34,263 nucleotides of DNA, taken from positions 28,549,989 to 28,584,251 of the forward strand of contig NC_068993.1 in NCBI RefSeq assembly GCF_001194135.2, given 5' to 3'. A program made the position numbers and the translations under genes. How positions within the stretch are numbered: the first letter of the stretch is position 1; each line of letters opens with the position of its first letter. Of this stretch, positions 31,400-34,263 are shown piece after piece. The notes under the pieces are model-generated. The model worked only from the letters and a program-made list of their open reading frames with translations. It searched no databases and was not told the DNA's origin. The stretch is from Octopus bimaculoides. Lineage: Eukaryota.

Positions 31400-32095
31400 G
31401 AATTGTAGAGGTCTTGTGCAATTAGAAAACTACTATAAAATAACCACTATAGGATTACGATAATATCTAACACAGAACCGTGAAAAACTGGTAGAAATTG
31501 CTATAAAACATGAGCAAAATAAAAAACTGTTTTCTGTCTTTGAGGAATTCAAAAAATACAAGAAAGAAATCATAGTACCTGACAACTAGGAAGAAAAACA
31601 GGAAACAGCAAAAGCTGTAAAACAAACTGAAATCCAAACTAAAACTGGAACAACAAAGTATCATGATAAATCAATGGCAAGAAAAGCCCTTACATGGCAA
31701 GTATTAGAATAAGCTAAACAGAAAAGAAATAGACAAAGAAAAATCCCAACAATGGTTGAGAACCTCAGGTCTCAAAACAGAGACCGAATGATTTTAATTG
31801 CGGCACAAGATCAAAGCCTCCCCACCATAAACCACCAAAAATTCATAATGGAGAAAACAATATCCAGATTGATCGCAAAATTTATGCTATGCGACCAAAT
31901 ATCATGGTTCTTGGCGAAGGGAAAAAGGAGCGCACCATCATAGATGTGGCTATATCTGTGGACATGAATATAGCAGTCAAAGATCAGAAAAAACTAGAAA
32001 AATACCAGGATTTGGCTAGGGAAATACGACGATTGTAGAAGGTTACTACAAAAGTAACCCCAGTTGTTATAGGTGTACTAGGTACCGTCACCAAC
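31400..32095 (+). mobile_element. R4/Dong-like C-terminal fragment with RLE endonuclease; CCHC region deleted
   Basis: RGLVQLE..; WQEKPLHGKY; WLRTSGLKTETE..IAAQDQSLPT; then RPNIMV..IIDVAISVDMNI..KKLEKYQDLAREI..PVVIGVLG. Confidence 0.8.
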
Positions 32096-32239
32096 AGACT
32101 TTTATATCCTTGTATTTGATACATAATATAACGAAGCAGGGTGGGAGAAAGTATATGCACGACGCACTACTATAACTATTACACGAGACTCAACGTTCAA
32201 TATCAAAGGCTCACAGTGAACTGCTACCAACACTGAAGT

Positions 32240-32989
<750 letters not shown>

Positions 32990-33205
32990 CTGTAAATATA
33001 GTATGTGACAATTATTCGGTAGCCATGATAAAACTCCGAGTTTCGGATGTCGGGGCAGAAACCAACGCCGCCATCTCTTTAGTTATCTGGCCATCAAAAA
33101 TGCTATGAAAAAGACCGTTAAACAAAGGGAAATTATTTTGTGATTGACCGTTATTAAGACAAAAGAGCTATTAGAATGATCGTCAAGTAAGGAGAGGGAG
33201 TAAAG

Positions 33206-33860
33206 GTAAAGGAGTAAAAATGCTCATAGCAATCGCGTAAGCGCGCATGTCCATACATACACATGCGCGCACGTGCATGTCCATACATACATATGCGCGC
33301 CGTACATGTGCCTATATGTATATACTCATCCACCCTCACTTGAAACACACACATGCTCACCCACACATTTGCCAAAAAATATATACATACTCGCTTACAC
33401 GCGCGCACAAAAAGGTTCATACACGCGTCTCTGCACAAGAAAAAACAGGGCTAAAGGCAAAATACAGAAAAATGTGCAAAACAGTGTAAAAAATAAGCAA
33501 TAAGAATGAAAAGTAAAGGAGTAAATATGCTCATGGCGAACGCGTATGCGCGCATGTCCATACATACACATGCGCACACGCACACCCACATACATGTGCC
33601 TACGTGCATATGCTTGTCCACACTCGCTTGAAACACACACATGCGCACCTACACATTCGCCCAAAAATAATTTATACATACACGCACACACTCTCACACA
33701 TACACACGCGCAAAGAAAGGTTCATGCACTCATCTATATACGCACATACTCGCATGCACGCACACACACACACGTCTATATATGCACATACCCGCGCACG
33801 CACACATCCACACGCGCGCACAAAAAAATTCCATATACACGTCTATATACGCACAGGAAA
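33206..33860. repeat. Degenerate ~307-bp tandem duplication of CA/CG-rich low-complexity DNA
   Basis: gtaaaggagtaaa.atgctcat.gc.a.cgcgta.gcgcgcatgtccatacatacacatgcgc at 33206 and 33513; further blocks are colinear. Confidence 0.75.
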
Positions 33861-34263
33861 ATTATTGAATTTAAATATATTATCAGAATATATTCAGTGT
33901 TGAATTTATTCTGAGTAAGAGGCATATTTACCGAGATTCAATTCGAAATTCCCGCCACTTACATAGGGAAATAGCGATGAACAGTCGTCTATATGCTATG
34001 CTGGATACATGGTGTTCGTTTGGTATGTTGATTCACTGTTTATTCCTATTTTTCTGGACCATATTATACTGACGAGTAGAAGTTGTATGATACTACAATA
34101 ACTACGAAATCATGATCTATAGTTTAGTTCGTTTTTAAGGGGTTGGCTTTGAGAGTTGCATTTCCTCGCATTCGGTAAAAATGTGCTTTTTATAGTAGTC
34201 TGACCTTAGAGTCCCTCATGGCGTGAGGCGTTATTATATAGTAATGCCCTTATAAATATATAT

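Noticed and set aside
25650-32095. Idea that the two R4/Dong fragments are one element split by the PLE, (AAT)n and the SINE
   Set aside because: Both fragments contain the GRGL/GRRGI motif and the following helix, with different sequences, so they overlap and are separate elements.

Overview
AT-rich, microsatellite-rich, gapped eukaryotic scaffold. The SINE and repeat sequences resemble those I recall from Octopus (inference, not verified). No host protein-coding gene, rRNA, true tRNA gene or CRISPR array is supported, and the ORFs full of X are artefacts of nine N-gaps. Nearly everything classifiable is decayed non-LTR retroelement DNA: Penelope-like (PLE) RT/GIY-YIG pieces with hammerhead motifs, a CR1/L2-like 5' fragment, R4/Dong-like RT and RLE fragments, and two tRNA-type SINE families. 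The standout is a ~16 kb uninterrupted same-strand stack (9190-25382) of L1/Tx1-like elements. It holds two full-architecture LINEs (ORF1 + APE-RT-zf ORF2) preceded by five ORF1-only units from two families (A, B) with their own 3' ends. Five unit ends share a CA(T/C)CATCA(TT) junction, two are followed by the same ~130-nt foreign 3' tail, and all four ORF1 lineages share a short C-terminal motif outside the RRM and CCHC regions. This suggests a self-stacking, target-preferring LINE system with half-LINE (HAL1-like) passengers.
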